A DNA stretch of 64,000 bases, from the NCBI GenBank assembly GCA_027345195.1, contig DAHWIJ010000033.1:12860-76859 (forward strand), in the 5' to 3' direction. Within the stretch, counting starts at the first letter, position 1. Every line of letters begins with the position of its first letter. The notes beneath the pieces were generated by a model. It was not told the origin of the DNA and searched no databases. It saw only the letters and a program-made list of their open reading frames with translations. Origin of the DNA: Thermoplasmatales archaeon (GTDB lineage Archaea; Thermoplasmatota; Thermoplasmata; Thermoplasmatales; GCA-001856825). Of the stretch, positions 29,793-39,319 are shown one piece after another. The position numbers and the translations under genes are program-made.

Positions 29793-30539
29793 ATGAGCGA
29801 TAACCCCTTCTTCAAAAACTTTGCAAAGAGCTATTCCAGTAACAATTCCTTCAAGTCAGGTAAAGATCTCAAGACCCTTATGAATTTGCTGCCGGCGAGC
29901 ATCCAAATAGCTCTGGATGTTGCGACCGGAACAGGATTTGTTGCGCTCGAACTTTCACGCCGGAGCGAGAAAGTGATAGCTCTTGATACCACTGACGCAA
30001 TGCTCTCTGAAGCCAAAAAGCTTCTGACATCTAACAAAATGACCAATGTGGAATTTGTGAAATCCGACTATTACTCCTACGACACCTTCCTGAAATTCGA
30101 CCTCATAACGTGCAGGAGGGCGCTTCACCACTTTGACCACAAAGAGGTGTTCTTCAAGAAGTCTAAGGAGTTGCTGAAGGAAAATGGAATACTGGCAATT
30201 ATTGACATGATCGTACCTGACTCGGACAAGGCAGATCTGGTTAATCAACTTGAAAGGAAAAGGGACCCGACCCATGTGGCCGCATTGAATGAAGGTGAGC
30301 TGCTGTTCTATCTCAAATCGGCTGGCTTCAGGATCATGAAGACGGAGGTGGAGAGTGAAGAGATGAGGTTCGAGGATTGGCTCCATCCCGTTGAAACAAA
30401 TTCTATTAACGGAATTGAATGCAAGAAATTCATAAACGGTCTTTCAGATTCGGAGCTTAAATCGATGAACTATGATAGGCATTCCAATACGATGACGAAG
30501 AGACGGATTATCGTAACTGCGTCGCCAGCCGGCTCATAG
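29793..30539 (+). CDS. Class I SAM-dependent methyltransferase (Methyltransf_11/UbiE-like)
   Basis: LDVATGTGFVALEL (motif I) and ILAIIDM (post II). The track ORF begins at 29733, but ATG 29793 (MSDNPFF...) looks like the real start. Confidence 0.75.
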   Translation: MSDNPFFKNFAKSYSSNNSFKSGKDLKTLMNLLPASIQIALDVATGTGFVALELSRRSEKVIALDTTDAMLSEAKKLLTSNKMTNVEFVKSDYYSYDTFLKFDLITCRRALHHFDHKEVFFKKSKELLKENGILAIIDMIVPDSDKADLVNQLERKRDPTHVAALNEGELLFYLKSAGFRIMKTEVESEEMRFEDWLHPVETNSINGIECKKFINGLSDSELKSMNYDRHSNTMTKRRIIVTASPAGS

Positions 30540-30600
30540 AGACAGCAACAAAAAATTACGGGAAACAAAGTACTAAATATAATATCGTGATTCGAGGGCA

Positions 30601-30837
30601 ATGGTCAAGAGAACATACCTCTCCATAATATTCAATACTGAGGGTGAGAGACCCTCCGAGATAATATCCAGGCTGCAATCTCTTGGCTTCAAACCCATAA
30701 CAGGAACGAGGGACCTTGTGTATGAGTGGGGGGACCACGCAACTGTGTCAGATGCCATTTCACTCATAGACAGAGTTCACGCAACACTTGGCGGCTTCAA
30801 CGTTCTCTTTACCGCTGAGACGATAGACGAAAGATAG
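30601..30837 (+). CDS. Hypothetical small protein (78 aa)
   Basis: Clean ORF with balanced composition and an alternating beta-alpha pattern. No family recognised. Its 3' end overlaps the convergent rnp4 by 29 nt. Confidence 0.45.
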   Translation: MVKRTYLSIIFNTEGERPSEIISRLQSLGFKPITGTRDLVYEWGDHATVSDAISLIDRVHATLGGFNVLFTAETIDER

Positions 30838-31120
30838 GAATTCTTCTGACGTAGCCACAAACACCGCAGCTGACCGTAATAGTGGAATTGTTTATTCTGA
30901 CTCTTCCACTACCTGAATATATCCCGTTCTTGCATCTCTTGCAGACCCACGTTTTTGCGTCAACCGTAACTTTTGACTTATATTTCGTTGAATACAGGTA
31001 AATCAATTCATATTTCCGGTTGGCTTGCTTAAACCTCTTCTCTCTTTCGTCTTTCAGCGCAAGCGCGAACAGCTCCGCCATTCTCTGTTCCGCTACTCTC
31101 TTCTCACTTGACTTCGGCAT
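30809..31120 (-). CDS. rnp4: RNase P protein component 4 (Rpp21/Rpr2)
   Basis: Basic helical N-terminal half, then zinc ribbon CKRCKNG...SCGVCGY. Confidence 0.8.
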   Translation of the reverse strand: MPKSSEKRVAEQRMAELFALALKDEREKRFKQANRKYELIYLYSTKYKSKVTVDAKTWVCKRCKNGIYSGSGRVRINNSTITVSCGVCGYVRRIPIFRLSSQR

Positions 31121-32321
31121 CCAGGAACTCCCCAGAAGGGGATGATATAGCCTCCCCCTCCTGAACTATCAAGTTTCCACGGAGGAATACCAGGTCAGGA
31201 AAAATACCCTCAAAGTCTCCGAATGGTGTCCACCCGCACTTAGAATGCAACCTTTCCTCCCTTATTCGAACCGGCTTCTTCAGGTCAACTGATATGAAAT
31301 CTGCATCGAACCCTTCCGCGATATATCCCTTGTTTATCCGGCATATCTGTGCAGGCCTTTCCATCAGTGCGGAAACCGCCTTTCCCATAGAGATGAAACC
31401 CTTCGTTTGCAGCCATAGAACGAGGGGAACCCTCGTTTCAACCCCAGGAATTCCAGAAGGTGCTTCCTTGAATGACTCCTTTTCCTTGCGCTTGTGAGGT
31501 GCATGGTCTGAAGAAATCACGTCTATCAGCTTCGAATTGAGGTTATTAAGCAGCTCTTCCTGCACACTCTTCTTCCTCAGCGGAGGGTTTACTTTGCCAA
31601 ACGGTCCAATCGGCACCGAATTGTTGAGAAGAATGTGGTGAGGGGTTACCTCGGTAGTAAAACCAAGAGATTTGGCAAGTTCTAATGACCGAAGCGAGGT
31701 CACGTGGGCAATGTGAATTTTTGTCAATCTGTATCTGAAAATGTGCTGAATTGCGTCAATTTCGCATTCTAGAGGCCTCGCCATATCGTGGGATATAAGG
31801 CTGTCACTCTCCCTGAAGTTGAGGTCTAAGCATTCCTGCAGTTCCGCGTGAACTACTTTCACTTTGTCCTGCCATTTACACCTCTCCAAATCAGTAAGAA
31901 GACCGCCGGTGGATTTCCCTAGAAATATCTTCTCACCTATTGCGTTCCTGACCACGGCTGAGGAGGCGGCTTGGTAAAGGGCGAAGTCTGCGTAAGATTT
32001 ATTCCTTACTGCGGAAAGCTTCGAACTGAACGCCTCGGGGGTGTCTACTGGAACCTTGTTGTTAGGCATATCACAGACTGTGGTAGTTCCTCCTAGGATT
32101 GAGGAGAGTGAACCAGTTCCGAAATCCTCCTTATCCGTCTCTCCCGGGTCTCGGAAATGGACATGCATGTCTACCCCTCCGGGCAGGATGTACCCCGGAA
32201 GACTCTTTACTTCCATACCGGGGGCTTCCGCCTTCACTCCCTTTATCACGCCATCGTCTACTATTACGTACCTCTCCTTAAACTCCCCCGCAATGTAGAA
32301 TTTTCCGTGGAAAGCTTCCAT
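31104..32321 (-). CDS. pyrC: Dihydroorotase (amidohydrolase superfamily)
   Basis: GGVDMHVHFRDPG and SSDHAPH metal-ligand blocks; 405 aa. Confidence 0.8.
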   Translation of the reverse strand: MEAFHGKFYIAGEFKERYVIVDDGVIKGVKAEAPGMEVKSLPGYILPGGVDMHVHFRDPGETDKEDFGTGSLSSILGGTTTVCDMPNNKVPVDTPEAFSSKLSAVRNKSYADFALYQAASSAVVRNAIGEKIFLGKSTGGLLTDLERCKWQDKVKVVHAELQECLDLNFRESDSLISHDMARPLECEIDAIQHIFRYRLTKIHIAHVTSLRSLELAKSLGFTTEVTPHHILLNNSVPIGPFGKVNPPLRKKSVQEELLNNLNSKLIDVISSDHAPHKRKEKESFKEAPSGIPGVETRVPLVLWLQTKGFISMGKAVSALMERPAQICRINKGYIAEGFDADFISVDLKKPVRIREERLHSKCGWTPFGDFEGIFPDLVFLRGNLIVQEGEAISSPSGEFLDAEVK

Positions 32322-32962
32322 TATCCTTTCCCCGGTTTCAGGATCTTTCTGAAGACCGGACCCCGGGGCTCAACCTCACCGAACACTTCTGCTGTGAAGG
32401 TATAAATTGATGTCTCATGATCCTTCCAGCACTCTGGTTCCATTCCGGCCTTCCAGCAGACTGCATTGAGGAACGACTTCTCGTCCATTTTCTCATCCAC
32501 CGCAACCTGGGGGAGCAGCAGGCCTGAATAGGAACCTCTTTCTGCGATCAGACCGTCCCTCCCTACCTCTATCATCGACGGAAGTTCCTTCCTGTTCTTC
32601 ACCTCAAGAACAGCCGGTTTGCTGAGCAGCGAAACCTCTACTATAATTTCATCCATCTCATCCTTAGTCACGGGTGGGAACCTTGGGTCGTTCACAGCCG
32701 CTGCAATCGCACTTTTGATTACTGCCTCTCCAAGTGGGTATATCGGTTCTGGGAACCCAATACAACCTCTGAGTTCTCCAGAGGTCTTTGTGAGGGTCGT
32801 GAACACCCCCCTCTTCTCGACAAACTTGCCTCCATAACTGTTCTTTATGATCAGCTTAATGTCTATGTATTCTTCAATGGCCCTTCTGGCCATCTTCGTA
32901 GCTATCTCGCCATCCTCATCCGTATATTCCTGCCCCATCATACTCCCCGCTTGTCCCCCCAT
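32321..32962 (-). CDS. AMMECR1 domain protein
   Basis: LRGCIGFPEP hallmark motif and DPRFPPV; 213 aa. Confidence 0.85.
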   Translation of the reverse strand: MGGQAGSMMGQEYTDEDGEIATKMARRAIEEYIDIKLIIKNSYGGKFVEKRGVFTTLTKTSGELRGCIGFPEPIYPLGEAVIKSAIAAAVNDPRFPPVTKDEMDEIIVEVSLLSKPAVLEVKNRKELPSMIEVGRDGLIAERGSYSGLLLPQVAVDEKMDEKSFLNAVCWKAGMEPECWKDHETSIYTFTAEVFGEVEPRGPVFRKILKPGKG

Positions 32963-33570
32963 ATTATTTTGTGCAACTGTGGCAGTACTCTGACATTCAA
33001 TCTTTCTTTTAATACTTTTTCAGTAAGCTCCTTGAGATTTTTCCCGCCTTCTGGCTGAAAAATCACTTCCCCGTCAAAGGGATATTTTTCTATTACAGTC
33101 TTGGAGAATGAATAGTCTTTATCGTCGGAAATCACGAACTTCAGATAGTCCTTTGCGGCTAACAGTTCGATGTTTTGATACAGGTTGTGCTCCACCATAT
33201 TTGATGAAGGTGTTTTAATGTCCATCGCTATTATCATGTTTTCATCTGTCGGCACGTTTTCGACAGATATAGAGCCACTTGTTTCCAAGATTATTTTGTA
33301 TTCCTTGTCCAGCAGCTTGTACATGAGCGAATAAACTTCATCCTGAAGAAGAGGTTCACCTCCAGTTATGCAGACGAATTTCGTCTTATACTTGGCTGCT
33401 TCCTCGACAAGACTCTCAACTGTTCTCTTCTCCCCTCCTGAATAAGAGTACTTAGTGTCGCACCACGTACACCTAAGGTTGCAACCAGACAGTCTTATGA
33501 AGAATGTCGGTACACCTATAAAAGGACCCTCTCCCTCGATTGAATAGAAGGTTTCGATTACCGTCAGCAT
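32938..33570 (-). CDS. queE: 7-carboxy-7-deazaguanine synthase (radical SAM QueE)
   Basis: FYSIEGEGPFIGVPTFFIRLSGCNLRCTWCDTKYS. The track ORF extends to 33693 but overlaps the upstream gene. ATG at 33570 (MLTVIETFYSIEGEG) fits QueE N-termini. Confidence 0.85.
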   Translation of the reverse strand: MLTVIETFYSIEGEGPFIGVPTFFIRLSGCNLRCTWCDTKYSYSGGEKRTVESLVEEAAKYKTKFVCITGGEPLLQDEVYSLMYKLLDKEYKIILETSGSISVENVPTDENMIIAMDIKTPSSNMVEHNLYQNIELLAAKDYLKFVISDDKDYSFSKTVIEKYPFDGEVIFQPEGGKNLKELTEKVLKERLNVRVLPQLHKIIWGDKRGV

Positions 33571-33659
33571 CTTCTCCTCGATATAACTTGACGGCAATAA
33601 AACTTTATCAATCAAATTGGGTGGAGGTTGTCGATATCGGGTATGTGTGGGAAGGGACT

Positions 33660-34283
33660 TCAAGTCACAGACTTTGATAGCGTGATTTCGCAATCGTACT
33701 TGTCCTTCGACACAGTGTCCTTCTTTATGACCTTGTAGGAAGGGAGCATTGATTCTATCAGGGCATCTTCGAATGTTCCGCAGAATTCGTTATTTGTTTC
33801 CAGTGCCAGGGAGTAGTATATGCAGTTGTTTCTTTTTATAACTATATTCCCGTCCTTCTCGATCGCTGTCGCCATACACCCGAGGTTGTTGTAAAACGTC
33901 AGCAAGTCGTTTATGTCCTTAGCCTTATCCCCATCCGCTCTCACTATCCTTTCTCCAGCCCTCTTCAGGAAATTTCGAACCCACAGTGATCCGTTTTCTG
34001 TTGTGAGCTCGTCTAGAAGAATCTTTAGCAGAAGGTCGTACTTCTTAGGAAAAAGTTTCATTCCTTCGGCAGAAATCCTGTAAATTTTCTTCGGCCTCCC
34101 GACTTTTGTCTTGACGAATTCAGAATACACGTAGCCCATCCCTTCCAGGGCACTCAGATGCTCTCTCACCGCATTGCTCTGGATGCCGAGCCTCTCTGAA
34201 AGTTCATATACCACTCTGGGCTTATTAAGCAATTCTTCGAGGATTCGCCTCTTGCTAGTTCCCAGAGTAGCTATCTCTTCCAT
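33660..34283 (-). CDS. ArsR/DeoR-like winged-helix regulator of the COG2345/SufR type with a Cys-bearing C-terminal domain
   Basis: SKRRILEELL...VYELSERLGIQSNAVREHLSALEGMGYV...GRPKKIYRISAEGMKLFPKKYDLLLKILLDEL parallels the SufR N-domain. The C-terminal half has Cys-x17-Cys-x13-Cys plus a fourth Cys. Divergent from sufC. Confidence 0.6.
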   Translation of the reverse strand: MEEIATLGTSKRRILEELLNKPRVVYELSERLGIQSNAVREHLSALEGMGYVYSEFVKTKVGRPKKIYRISAEGMKLFPKKYDLLLKILLDELTTENGSLWVRNFLKRAGERIVRADGDKAKDINDLLTFYNNLGCMATAIEKDGNIVIKRNNCIYYSLALETNNEFCGTFEDALIESMLPSYKVIKKDTVSKDKYDCEITLSKSVT

Positions 34284-34374
34284 ACAGTACAGAGAATCAG
34301 ACGGGCGTATTTAATTTTTATCACTTTAGACAGGAAAAAATGTTTAAATAGCACAGTACCATACAAAAATTACA
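34284..34374. promoter_or_regulatory. Divergent promoter region between the SufR-like gene and sufC; both transcripts look leaderless
   Basis: TATTTAA (34308-34314) and TTAAATA (34344-34350) are exact reverse complements. Each lies about 24-25 nt upstream of its start codon (34283 minus, 34375 plus). The heptamer ACAGTAC occurs twice (34284-34290, 34353-34359), each time between a TATA box and a start codon. Confidence 0.5.
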
Positions 34375-35142
34375 ATGGATTCAAACGTTCTATCAATAAA
34401 GAATCTAAGGGTATCTGTGGGGGATAAGGAGATACTGAAAGGGGTGACTATCACTGTCAAGTCCGGTGAAATTCATGCACTAATGGGACCGAATGGTACA
34501 GGAAAGAGCACACTGGCACATACCATAATCGGGTCACTAAGATACAAGGTCAACAGCGGGGAAATAATGATAAATGACATCAACCTTAAAGATCTCCAGG
34601 TTTACGAGCGGGCCCGGGCCGGCCTCTTTGTCGCTTTTCAGGAGCCCGTTTCCGTCCAGGGGCTCAGGTTCATCAACTACCTGAGAACAGCTTATACGTC
34701 CCTCCATCCAGAAGAGAGGTTGGAATACAAGAAGTTCGTTGAGGAAGTGAAGGAGCTCCTTGCATATTTTGGACTCGACAGTTCCTTCATTGACAGGGGA
34801 CTGAACGATGGCCTTTCTGGAGGAGAGAAGAAAAGGATGGAAGCCCTGCAAATGCTGATACTTAAGCCGAAATTCATAATTCTAGATGAGATAGATTCCG
34901 GCCTTGACATAGACGCACTCAAGGTCGTGTCTAAGGCCATAGGCAGAGCAAAAGAGAACGGAGCCGGAATAATAATCATAACACACTATCAGAGAATTCT
35001 GGACTACATAAAGCCGGATTACGTTCATGTGCTCATTAACGGAAGGATCGCCGAAAGCGGGTCAGGTGACCTGGCTAAGCTGATTGAGGAGAGGGGCTAC
35101 GAATATTATAGAGGAGGAGAAATAGATGCAAAAGTGGAATGA
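34375..35142 (+). CDS. sufC: Fe-S cluster assembly ATPase SufC
   Basis: GPNGTGKSTLAH, LSGGEKKR, ILDEIDSGLD, and operon context. Confidence 0.95.
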   Translation: MDSNVLSIKNLRVSVGDKEILKGVTITVKSGEIHALMGPNGTGKSTLAHTIIGSLRYKVNSGEIMINDINLKDLQVYERARAGLFVAFQEPVSVQGLRFINYLRTAYTSLHPEERLEYKKFVEEVKELLAYFGLDSSFIDRGLNDGLSGGEKKRMEALQMLILKPKFIILDEIDSGLDIDALKVVSKAIGRAKENGAGIIIITHYQRILDYIKPDYVHVLINGRIAESGSGDLAKLIEERGYEYYRGGEIDAKVE

Positions 35143-36550
35143 AAACGAAGTTGAAGAAGTGAAGAAGCTGAACGAAATCAAGTACGATTTCGTGACAAAC
35201 GTAAAGCCTGCTTACCAAGTGCAGAAGGGTATTAGCAGAAGTGTCATCGAGGAGATGTCAAGGGAGAAAAAGGAACCTGACTGGATGAGAAATATTAGAC
35301 TCAAGGCCCTTGAGATTTTTCTCTCGAAACCCGTCCCAACCTGGGGACCGGACCTGTCGGAACTAAATTTCGACGAGATCACTTACTACATCAAACCTGA
35401 GGACAGGAAGGCAAACAACTGGGAGGATGTCCCAAAGGAGATAAAGGATACCTTTGACAAGCTGGGTGTTCCCGAGATGGAAAAGAAGTACCTTGCAGGT
35501 TCGGTCGCTCAGCTTCAGTCAGAAGGGGTGTACTCCAGACTCAAGAAACAGTGGGAAGACAAGGGAGTCATCTTCATGGACATGGACAGCGCCCTGCAAA
35601 AGTACCCGGATATTGTGAGGGAACATTTCGGCAAGGTCGTTCCTCCATCAGACAACAAGTTCGCTGCACTGAATACGGCAGCGTGGTCTGGCGGTTCGTT
35701 CCTCTACATACCGAGGGGGGTCAGTCTGGATCTCCCTGTGCAGGCTTACTTCAGGATGAACGGCGCCTTGGAAGGGCAGTTCGAAAGAACGATGATCATT
35801 GCGGAACCTGGAGCATCTGTGCATTACATTGAAGGGTGCACTGCACCAACATACAGCCAGTACTCGCTTCACGCCGCGATAGTAGAAGTATACGTAAAGG
35901 AGGGAAGCAAGGTAAGATACACTTCTGTCCAGAACTGGTCGGACAACATCATTAACGGACCTACCAAGAGGGCATGGGTGGAGAAAAACGGAAGGATGGA
36001 ATGGGTGCAGGGTTCCCTTGGATCAAAGATAACGATGACCTATCCCTCATCGATACTCAGAGGGGAGTATGCAAGCACCTCAAACCTGAACGTAGCCTTA
36101 GGAATCGGACCCGTATGGAAGGATAACGGGGCCAAGGTTATACACGCCGCACCTAACACAAGCTCTAAGGTCGTCGCAAAGAGCATTTCTGGAAAGGGAG
36201 GTATGTCAGTTTACAGAGGTCAGCTGAGGATAAATCCAGGAGCGTATAACTCGAAGGCATCTGTGCAGTGTGATGCCCTCATTCTCGATGATATATCGAA
36301 AAGCAATACGTACCCACACAACGAGATACTTGAAGAGAGCGCATCATTCTCTCATGAGGCCTCGGTTGGAAAGATATCGGAGGAACAGGTAGATTATCTC
36401 ATGAGCAGGGGAATAAGGGAAGAGGATGCCAGGTCCCTGATTGTTCTTGGATTCCTGGATGATGTCCTCAAGGAGATCCCTCTAGAGTATTCCATAGAGT
36501 TCAACAAGCTTGTAAAGCTGGAAATGAACAAGTACGGTGCTGTAGGGTGA
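35126..36550 (+). CDS. sufB: Fe-S cluster assembly scaffold SufB
   Basis: 474 aa. Conserved SufB blocks ...YIEGCTAP..., RGEYASTS and the C-terminal EQVDYLMSRGI. Confidence 0.95.
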   Translation: MQKWNENEVEEVKKLNEIKYDFVTNVKPAYQVQKGISRSVIEEMSREKKEPDWMRNIRLKALEIFLSKPVPTWGPDLSELNFDEITYYIKPEDRKANNWEDVPKEIKDTFDKLGVPEMEKKYLAGSVAQLQSEGVYSRLKKQWEDKGVIFMDMDSALQKYPDIVREHFGKVVPPSDNKFAALNTAAWSGGSFLYIPRGVSLDLPVQAYFRMNGALEGQFERTMIIAEPGASVHYIEGCTAPTYSQYSLHAAIVEVYVKEGSKVRYTSVQNWSDNIINGPTKRAWVEKNGRMEWVQGSLGSKITMTYPSSILRGEYASTSNLNVALGIGPVWKDNGAKVIHAAPNTSSKVVAKSISGKGGMSVYRGQLRINPGAYNSKASVQCDALILDDISKSNTYPHNEILEESASFSHEASVGKISEEQVDYLMSRGIREEDARSLIVLGFLDDVLKEIPLEYSIEFNKLVKLEMNKYGAVG

Positions 36551-37704
36551 ATCTTGAAGAGTTAGTTGAAAATAAGAGAAGAACGGCAGATTCCATGCCG
36601 GTCCAGGGAGAGCACGATTCTCCGTCCGTGAAGAGTTACACGTCCATCAAAGAAAATGATCTGCTTCCCCTTTTGAGGTCACAGAGGAATGGCTGCGCGG
36701 GCATGCAGAGGAACATAACGACCCACAACGGGTCCCCCTGCAGGCTCTTCGGTGGTGGAAACGTTAAGTTCATCTCAGTGGAGGAGGCGGTATCTCAGGG
36801 TTTGATGAAGCCAGAAGACCTTTTCAATGAGAACTATGATAAGCTAAGTGCAATAAACCAGGGATACTTCAACGATGGTTTCTACCTGGGATTCCCCGCT
36901 AACTACCAGGGGGACAAGATGATAAACATCCTCCACACGGGTGACAGGAATTTCAATGTCAGAAACCTGTATTCCATCGGGAGCAATTCTTCAGCCAAGA
37001 TACTTGAAAATTTTATAGTGACTGGCAACTCGTCAGTATCGCAGGGAACAGTAATCAAGGTTGGCGAAAATTCTTCCCTCGACTATTTCCTTCTCGAAGA
37101 CGAGGAGAACACAGAACTGAGTTACCTGGAGAGGACAATCGTGCTGGAAAGGTACTCTAGCCTGAGAATCCATCACCTCTCTCTACCTGGAAAGAAGAGC
37201 ATATCAAGATTCCGAATCGTACAGTCAGGAGAACACGTGGAATCGAAGTACTACGGAGCCGCGCTTGGAAAGCGGGATGAGCATCTCGACCTGGAGGTTT
37301 ATACGGACCACAGGAATGTTTACGGGAAAAACGACACGACATTCAAGGGGATACTTGGAGGCAAGTCGTCTCTCATCTTCAGAGGGTTCATAAAAATAGG
37401 CGAAACTGCCCTCAACGTAGAATCGTTCCTTATGGCAAATCTGCTTCTTCTAACAAAGGAGGCAGTAGGTAATGCCCTGCCAGTCCTGGAGATATACAAC
37501 GGAGAAGTAAAAGCAAAACACGGGGAATCCGTCTCAAACATTTCGGAAGAGCAGCTCATATACCTGATGAGCAGGGGCCTTGACCTCAGAGAAGCCAAAA
37601 AGGCCGTCATAGAAGGCTTTATAAGTCCTATTGTCTATCCTCTTCCTGAAGATATTTCTAGGAAATATCTTCAAATTGTGGAAGAAGTGATAGGCGATGA
37701 TTAG
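36547..37704 (+). CDS. sufD: Fe-S cluster assembly protein SufD
   Basis: 385-aa SufB/D beta-helix paralog with C-terminal EEQLIYLMSRGL. Position after sufB. Confidence 0.85.
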   Translation: MNLEELVENKRRTADSMPVQGEHDSPSVKSYTSIKENDLLPLLRSQRNGCAGMQRNITTHNGSPCRLFGGGNVKFISVEEAVSQGLMKPEDLFNENYDKLSAINQGYFNDGFYLGFPANYQGDKMINILHTGDRNFNVRNLYSIGSNSSAKILENFIVTGNSSVSQGTVIKVGENSSLDYFLLEDEENTELSYLERTIVLERYSSLRIHHLSLPGKKSISRFRIVQSGEHVESKYYGAALGKRDEHLDLEVYTDHRNVYGKNDTTFKGILGGKSSLIFRGFIKIGETALNVESFLMANLLLLTKEAVGNALPVLEIYNGEVKAKHGESVSNISEEQLIYLMSRGLDLREAKKAVIEGFISPIVYPLPEDISRKYLQIVEEVIGDD

Positions 37705-38959
37705 TGCTCATGGGAGAAAGAAGGATTTCCCCATCTTCAGGAAAAAAATTGACGGGAAGGATATAGTTTACCTTGATTCCACTGCTACGACCCAGAAACC
37801 AAAGAAAGTTATAGATGCAATCGTCGCCTACTACGAAGGCGCAAATGCAAATGTCCACCGTTCTGTTTACAAGCTTGCGGACGAGGCCACGGAGCTCTAT
37901 GAGGATTCCAGGGCAAACGTCGCAAACTTCATAGGGTCAAAGCAGAACGAGATCGTTTTCACGAGAAACACGACGGAAAGTCTCAATCTCCTTTCCTTCA
38001 CCATTGGAGAGAGTCTGAGGAAAGGGGACAGGATACTCATAACATCCATGGAGCATCACAGCAACATACTGCCGTGGATGCGGCTGGAGGAGAGAGGCGT
38101 GAGACTGGATTATGCAGGCTTTGACGACGAAGGACACCTAAATATCGAGGACCTCAAGTCTAAACTCGTTAAGGAAACGAAAATCGTGTCTATAACTCAC
38201 CAATCAAACGTCCTTGGAACGATTAATCCCATAGAGGATATTGCTAAGATCGTGAAGGAGAACGGTTCAACATTCATTGTTGACGCAGCTCAATCCGTAC
38301 CGCACATGCCTTTCAGGGTCAGGGAGGAATACGATTTCGTGGCCTTCTCTGGGCACAAGATGCTAGGCCCCATGGGCATAGGCGTTCTCTATGGGAAGTA
38401 CGACCTGCTTGATTCAATGCCCCCGTTCAACAGGGGAGGTGAGATGATAAAGGATGTGGATTTTCATAAGGTAATCTTTGAGGATCCACCTGTAAAGTTC
38501 GAGGCAGGAACACCTAATGTGGAAGGGGCTGTTGGTCTCTCGGCAGCTATTGACTACCTGAAGGAGATTGGAATGGACGAGGTAAGGAGGCACGAAAAAC
38601 GTCTCACTTCGATGACTCTCAAAGGTCTAGATGACCTCAAAAGCGTCAAATATTACGGTCCAAGAGACCCTGATCAGAGGGGTGGAGTGATAGCGTTCAA
38701 CGTGAAGGATGTCTCAAACGTGAAAAGGAAACTGGAGGGGAGGAACATAAAGGTGGACCATTTCTACCACTCCCACGACATCGCAACTTTTCTGGATGAA
38801 AGGAACGTGTATGTCAGATCCGGGCACCACTGTGCCGAACCGCTGATGCGAACGCTTGGACTTTCTGGAACCGCAAGGGCATCTTACTACGTCTACAACG
38901 GAGAGGAGGACGTGGAAGCATTCATTCGATCCCTGGGTGAGATAGATGTACAACGATGA
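37697..38959 (+). CDS. sufS: Cysteine desulfurase SufS (class II)
   Basis: PLP-lysine block FSGHKMLGPMGIGVLYG and active-site loop RSGHHCAEP. Confidence 0.95.
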   Translation: MISAHGRKKDFPIFRKKIDGKDIVYLDSTATTQKPKKVIDAIVAYYEGANANVHRSVYKLADEATELYEDSRANVANFIGSKQNEIVFTRNTTESLNLLSFTIGESLRKGDRILITSMEHHSNILPWMRLEERGVRLDYAGFDDEGHLNIEDLKSKLVKETKIVSITHQSNVLGTINPIEDIAKIVKENGSTFIVDAAQSVPHMPFRVREEYDFVAFSGHKMLGPMGIGVLYGKYDLLDSMPPFNRGGEMIKDVDFHKVIFEDPPVKFEAGTPNVEGAVGLSAAIDYLKEIGMDEVRRHEKRLTSMTLKGLDDLKSVKYYGPRDPDQRGGVIAFNVKDVSNVKRKLEGRNIKVDHFYHSHDIATFLDERNVYVRSGHHCAEPLMRTLGLSGTARASYYVYNGEEDVEAFIRSLGEIDVQR

Positions 38960-39302
38960 GGTGATGGACAGGTACCAGAATCCGGTCAAGTACCGAAGGA
39001 TGGAGAATTACAACATCAAGATAGACGAGGCATCCACCACCTGCGGAGACAAGATCATTCTCTATGTCAAGACTAATGGAGGGAAAATTGAAGATATGAC
39101 GTGGCAGGGGGAAGGATGCATTCTTTCTATGGTCTCCACGGATCTCTTCTGCGAGAATTCCGTTGGCAGGGATATAGAGTCGGTGAAGGGAACAGATGAC
39201 CTGAAATTCGTGGAAAGCTTCCCTGTTAAAATATCTCCGGGAAGGATCAACTGTGTCCTCCTCCCCCTGAGGGCCCTTAGAAGGGGTACAAAAGAAAAGT
39301 AG
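38946..39302 (+). CDS. sufU: SufU/IscU-like sulfur acceptor
   Basis: 118 aa with three conserved Cys contexts: STTCGDKI, GEGCILSMVS and RINCVLLPL. Confidence 0.85.
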   Translation: MYNDEVMDRYQNPVKYRRMENYNIKIDEASTTCGDKIILYVKTNGGKIEDMTWQGEGCILSMVSTDLFCENSVGRDIESVKGTDDLKFVESFPVKISPGRINCVLLPLRALRRGTKEK

Positions 39303-39319
39303 TTTACCGTCAAAGGAAT

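Noticed and set aside
32321-33570. AMMECR1 next to a radical SAM enzyme, which raised the possibility of an AmmeMemoRadiSam system.
   Set aside because: The radical SAM protein carries the QueE signature (EGEGPFIGVPTFFIRLSGCNLRCTWCDTKYS), not the PFL-activase-like one. No Memo-family gene is present. The adjacency is best explained by operon compaction.
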